A stretch of 64,000 bases of DNA, taken from positions 39,990,001 to 40,054,000 of the forward strand of contig OZ024751.1 in assembly GCA_964016885.1 (NCBI GenBank). Direction: 5' to 3'. The stretch comes from Eledone cirrhosa. Lineage: Eukaryota. The notes under the pieces are model-generated. The model saw only the letters and a program-made list of their open reading frames with translations. It was not told where the DNA came from and did no database searches. Positions 59,672-64,000 of this stretch are shown in pieces; the first letter of the stretch is position 1; every line of letters starts with the position of its first letter. The position numbers and the translations under genes are program-made.

Positions 59672-59941
59672 AATAACAAAATAAGATGCTGAGGTTACAT
59701 ATATCGTTTAATCATAATAATTATTTCCACGGTTCGCCATGCAATCGAGATGTCCTTCATACATTTGCTGTTGATTATGAGAACGGTTTCCTCAGATGAA
59801 AATCGATATATTTGATATGTCGCTGGCAGGAAAACACACATCCTAATGCCTGTGCGCCCAGCATACATATGAGTTCCTTGAAGGGTTTGCCAGCCGTCGA
59901 TTAAACGATATATGTAACCTCACCATCTTATTTTGTTATTT
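59671..59941 (-). mobile_element. Short HHR-bearing element with an inverted copy of its 3' tail at the 5' end
   Basis: 59671-59713 and 59900-59941 are ~42-bp inverted repeats with one mismatch; the left end abuts (TA)n. Confidence 0.7.
59712..59799 (-). ncRNA. Degenerate type I hammerhead with long stem II
   Basis: Minus strand: TCAT CTGAGGA [~60-nt imperfect stem II] GAAA TAATTA T T ATGA. Stem III is the palindrome ATAATTAT; the base of stem II is mismatched. Confidence 0.55.
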
Positions 59942-60029
59942 CTATAAAAATCTCCACCGTAACTAAAATAAACGATTGTTGAGAGCTTTCTCCTGCTTAC
60001 TCCTCTTTTTACCAAAACAATCTTTTCCG

Positions 60030-60065
<36 letters not shown>

Positions 60066-60070
<5 letters not shown>

Positions 60071-60183
60071 CAAGTATGACCCCCGACGGTGTCATACTTG
60101 TTCCTATTACCCACTCTACTACCCTAAGTATTGAGTACTCTGGTGCGTTATGGTCCATCTGGTTCCTTACCACTTTTCTTTCG

Positions 60184-60251
<68 letters not shown>

Positions 60252-60440
60252 CAAAGGAATTGTGGTAAGGAACCAGATGGACCATAACGCACCAGAGTAC
60301 TCAATACTTAGGGTAGTTGAGTGGGAAATAGGAAAAAGTATGACCCTGACGGCAGAGCTCAAGCCGTTTCGACGGCTATTTCTGGACTAAATTAGAATTT
60401 TTAGCCTGGTGAATAAATAGCCGAACTTTTCAAGGGGGTA
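60066..60440. mobile_element. Two family Y elements tail-to-tail on one (TA)n tract
   Basis: 60091-60186 (+) and 60249-60345 (-) are ~95-bp inverted copies. A third copy lies at 62943-63046 and a diverged relative near 14860-14920. Confidence 0.8.
60343..60439 (-). ncRNA. Hammerhead ribozyme variant with a U3-A8 core
   Basis: Minus strand: ACCCCC TTGAAAA G-tt-CGGCTATTT...AAATAGCCG-t-C GAA ACGGC ttgagctct GCCGT C AGGGT. Stem III is 5 bp; GUC site. Confidence 0.6.
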
Positions 60441-60511
60441 CTTCCTGATATGGGAAGATTGTAGTTGTTAAGAGGATTGGTTAAAATTTGTTGTAAACAC
60501 AAATAAGTCTA

Positions 60512-61144
60512 TCATCAGTGATTTGCCAACCATCATTGGTATTTCATCGCATTCAAAATCAGATACCTCAGGTTGGTGCGAGCAATAACTAAAATAAGGT
60601 ATTGGGACAAGTGAAACGCGTAAAGCGAGTGAGACAAGTAAACAACATAGAAGGAAAAGCAAACCGAAGGTTGGAAAAACAGCAAGCAACATGATAGTTA
60701 CCCGATCAGCATAAGCTGGGTGAATTTCATGAGCGGTCAGAGAAGCAGACCGTACGCCGTGAATGCGGTGTGAGAAAGAAGGAACCCCACTACTAGCGAA
60801 CGGGAGGAAGTGAGAAGGGGAGAAACAGAGAGTGAGTGAGTGGAAGTGCGAGGAAGAGGTCAGTCGAGAGAAAGTGTAACTGACAGAGGGGGCGAAAGAA
60901 GGTAAGAGAAACAGGGAGAACGGGGGAGCAGTAAGAGATAAAGAGAGAAACAGATAATCGCAGTCTAGGTAAATATATATGAAAAACAAGGGGAGAAGAA
61001 TACTGCATGGTTGCACATGGATTACATATTATAAAATTAGTCCCTCATCAGTGATTTGCCAACCATCATTGGTATTTCATCGCATTAAAAATCAGATACC
61101 TCAGGTTGGTGCGAGCAATAACTAAAATAAGCTATTGGGACAAG
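60512..61144 (-). mobile_element. Element with 100-bp direct repeats 533 bp apart (family K)
   Basis: 60512-60611 and 61045-61144 are near-identical; a diverged third copy lies at 55838-55940 (+). The body is pyrimidine-rich on the minus strand. Confidence 0.65.
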
Positions 61145-61510
61145 ATATATATATATATATATATAATATATATATATATATATGAATATGAATATTTGAA
61201 TATATGAATATATATGTATATATATATATATCTCATCTATAATCACGAGATAGAGGTATCTCTCCATGGTAAGTAGATATAGATATGAGATCTACCTAAA
61301 TAAATATTTACCTCTCTTTTAGTCCAATAATCTCCAGAGAGACCAAACAAATATATTATAAACTACTTCTACTTGAAAATTGGTTTTCATTTAAATTTAC
61401 TGGTTTCCTACTTTCAGCTTGCTGGAAATAAACAAATACACACACAGACAAACAGACAGACAGACACATACATATGTTTGTGTATAGATATAGATATACA
61501 CACACGTATG

Positions 61511-61596
<86 letters not shown>

Positions 61597-61875
61597 CTGA
61601 AAACTTGATATAGAGATAAATATATAATAAATGCCAGAAATAAATAAATAGATAGATAAATAGACATAATTCTGAAGATAGCGGGGTGGTGTAGGTGGTG
61701 TGGGTGTAGGGCTTCGAGGATAAAAATTGTTCATCAACTCAAAATACCTCCACTACCACCCCCCCTCACTCTCTTACATACATACACTTAATCCTAGGCG
61801 TGAAACTAAGACTTTATACTTTTGCATCTCTGTGTGTCTGTCTTGTCTATTCTTGAACTATATATATATATATAT

Positions 61876-62007
61876 AAGTTGTAATAAAGAAGAGCTTCTA
61901 CAGGACTAGAACTGTTTCATTCGTGAGAAATCATCAGGAAGCTTCCTAATGATTTCTCACGAATGAAACAGTTCTAGTCCTGTAGAAGCTCTTCTATATT
62001 ACAACTT
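61876..62007. repeat. 132-bp loopless palindrome
   Basis: 66-bp arms centred on AAG/CTT (61941/61942), about 2 mismatches. Confidence 0.95.
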
Positions 62008-62071
62008 TTATACTCTGCTATGTATTGAGTACCTTACTTACTGTGGTTACCTCCGATTCAACCCAGAATAA

Positions 62072-62191
<120 letters not shown>

Positions 62192-62309
62192 AAGAGAGAG
62201 GGAGAGAGATCCCTATTTTGATCCCTCTTTCTGGAGATATGGTCAATATTTGGCCTTGAAACCTTAGGTAGGTTTTATTTCGTGTATGAGCATAAAGAAA
62301 TAATATTAT

Positions 62310-62490
62310 AGGCAGTGTCGGTAGAGGGTCGGACGCCATGCTTTGACGCATAGAGTTACGGCCCTTGCCATTCTGAGTTCAAATCCCGCCGAGGTTAACT
62401 TTACCTTTCATCCTTACAGCGGTCGATAAATAAAGTACCAATAATGCACTGGGATAACTGCTGGCCTTGTGCCAAAAGTAGAAGCAATTA
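62310..62490 (+). mobile_element. SINE family B
   Basis: GAGTTCAAATCCCGCCGAGGTTAACTTT...GGTCGATAAATAAAGTACC. Confidence 0.85.
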
Positions 62491-62836
62491 TATATATATA
62501 TATGTGTGTGTATAATGACGCTAGAAATAGCACCCGAAATTCCGTCTAAATTTGCTCAAAAATGTAGGAGTAGCCAATATCAATAAAAAAAAAACCTGTC
62601 CCCTGAAGACAGAATAAATTCTTCCAATATTGGTTGTTTCAATGTATTGAAATAATTGATATTGTTTCTTAATTCCAGAAACCATGGTAGGTCTCACTAT
62701 ATGAGTGAGAGTGACTTGCTTTAATTGGTTTAACTTATATCTCCACAAATCGAGATTTTGGCTTAAGTTTGATATGTTTAGTTGCTTCTCTGGTTTGATA
62801 TTTTATCTTTTCGTTGAGATATCTAGTATTAGAAAC

Positions 62837-62888
<52 letters not shown>

Positions 62889-62897
62889 ATATATATG

Positions 62898-62942
<45 letters not shown>

Positions 62943-62944
<2 letters not shown>

Positions 62945-63046
62945 CGAAGGAAATGTGGTAAGGAACCAGGTGGACCATAACGCACCAAAGTACTCAATAC
63001 TTAGGGTAGTAGGGTGGGTAATAGGAACGAGTAGGAACTCGTTCCT
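62943..63046 (-). mobile_element. Family Y fragment with 5' fold-back hairpin in (TA)n
   Basis: Matches 60249-60340 and ends ATAGGAACGAG taggaa CTCGTTCCTAT. Confidence 0.8.
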
Positions 63047-63073
63047 ATATATATATATATGTGTGTGTGTATG

Positions 63074-63135
<62 letters not shown>

Positions 63136-63612
63136 CCACAAGCATATATTATTTAAAGTTTGGTGAAAAAAAACGAATATTCATTTAGTCCGGAAAACAA
63201 TGGCTTGTGAACTAAAAAAATGGTTATAGTGTCGGCTGGTGGAGATATAAAAAGTCCTGAAACACCATTGATACATCGTCTATTTTGGTTGCCTTGCTTG
63301 TTGTCTCCATAGTAACAACAGATACAGATTCATATAATGGTGATGTGGATTACAATCGTATTTGAGGGAAGAGATTTTAATTCGTCTGACATAATTGGTT
63401 TCTCGTTTCGTTAAATTATATCTGCTGTTAGGATTTGTGATTAATCAACTATCGTATTGAAATTGTGTCCAAGAGGAGAAATATTATATTTCAATTTAAC
63501 TAAACTATAAAAACCACAGTTTTGATTCGCTGAAATATTCACAGCAATGTCAATTTATATCTCTATAAATAATGCTTTCTTTGTTCACCACAAGGATTTA
63601 ATACATCTCTAT

Positions 63613-63805
63613 AAATAATTGTTTCTACTTTTGGCACAAGGCCAGCAATTATTCCAGTGTATTACTGGTACTTTATTTTATCGACCCCGTAAGGATGAAA
63701 AGCAAAGTTAACCTCGGCGGGATTTGAACTCAGACCATAAAAGGTCGTAACTCTTTGTTGCAAAGCATGGCGTCCGACCCTCTACTGATACTGCTAATCC
63801 ACTTG
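63613..63805 (-). mobile_element. SINE family B
   Basis: Diagnostic body and head present. Confidence 0.85.
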
Positions 63806-63910
63806 GCAAAGGGAAGTGGGCAATCCGGAGACGGATAATTCTGGGGGTCTCCACACCAACCAAAATATAGAAGGAGAGGACTATATTATTGTCATTATTT
63901 ATATCTCTAT

Positions 63911-64000
63911 AAATAATTGTTTCTACTTTAGGTACAAGGCCAGCAATTACCCAGTACATTACTGGTACTTTATTTTATCGACCCCGTAAGGATGAAAGGC
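63911..64000 (-). mobile_element. SINE family B (runs off the window)
   Basis: Same tail and same ATCTCTATAAATAATTG flank as the 63613 copy. Confidence 0.8.

Noticed and set aside
60526-60576. SECIS element interpretation of the GA-quartet stem-loop
   Set aside because: The orientation is reversed relative to SECIS (the loop closes the canonical stem) and the AUGA/apical AA arrangement is absent. Kept only as a K-turn candidate.

Overview
Very AT-rich, microsatellite-dense eukaryotic non-coding DNA (intron or intergenic). The repeat landscape looks like an octopus (coleoid cephalopod) genome; this is inferred from recalled repeat families and not verified. No intact host gene can be supported, and almost all ORFs in the track are simple-repeat artefacts. 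The recognisable coding remnants are all from transposons: three 5'-truncated Tx1/L1-clade LINE 3' ends (zf-RVT domain), each embedded in (GATA)n; a Penelope-like element (PLE) fragment with an open GIY-YIG endonuclease frame and pseudo-LTRs; a mariner 5' end; and a decayed Tc1. Two tRNA-derived SINE families occur in many copies. The main hidden signal is about eight type I hammerhead ribozyme (HHR) folds from several unrelated short elements, mostly inserted in (TA)n. They include loopless (dimer-type) forms, a U3-A8 core variant, and a ~322-bp octamer+HHR unit resembling newt satellite 2 / retrozymes. Fold-back and twin-priming inversions are pervasive, and some junctions fall at or near predicted ribozyme cleavage sites.
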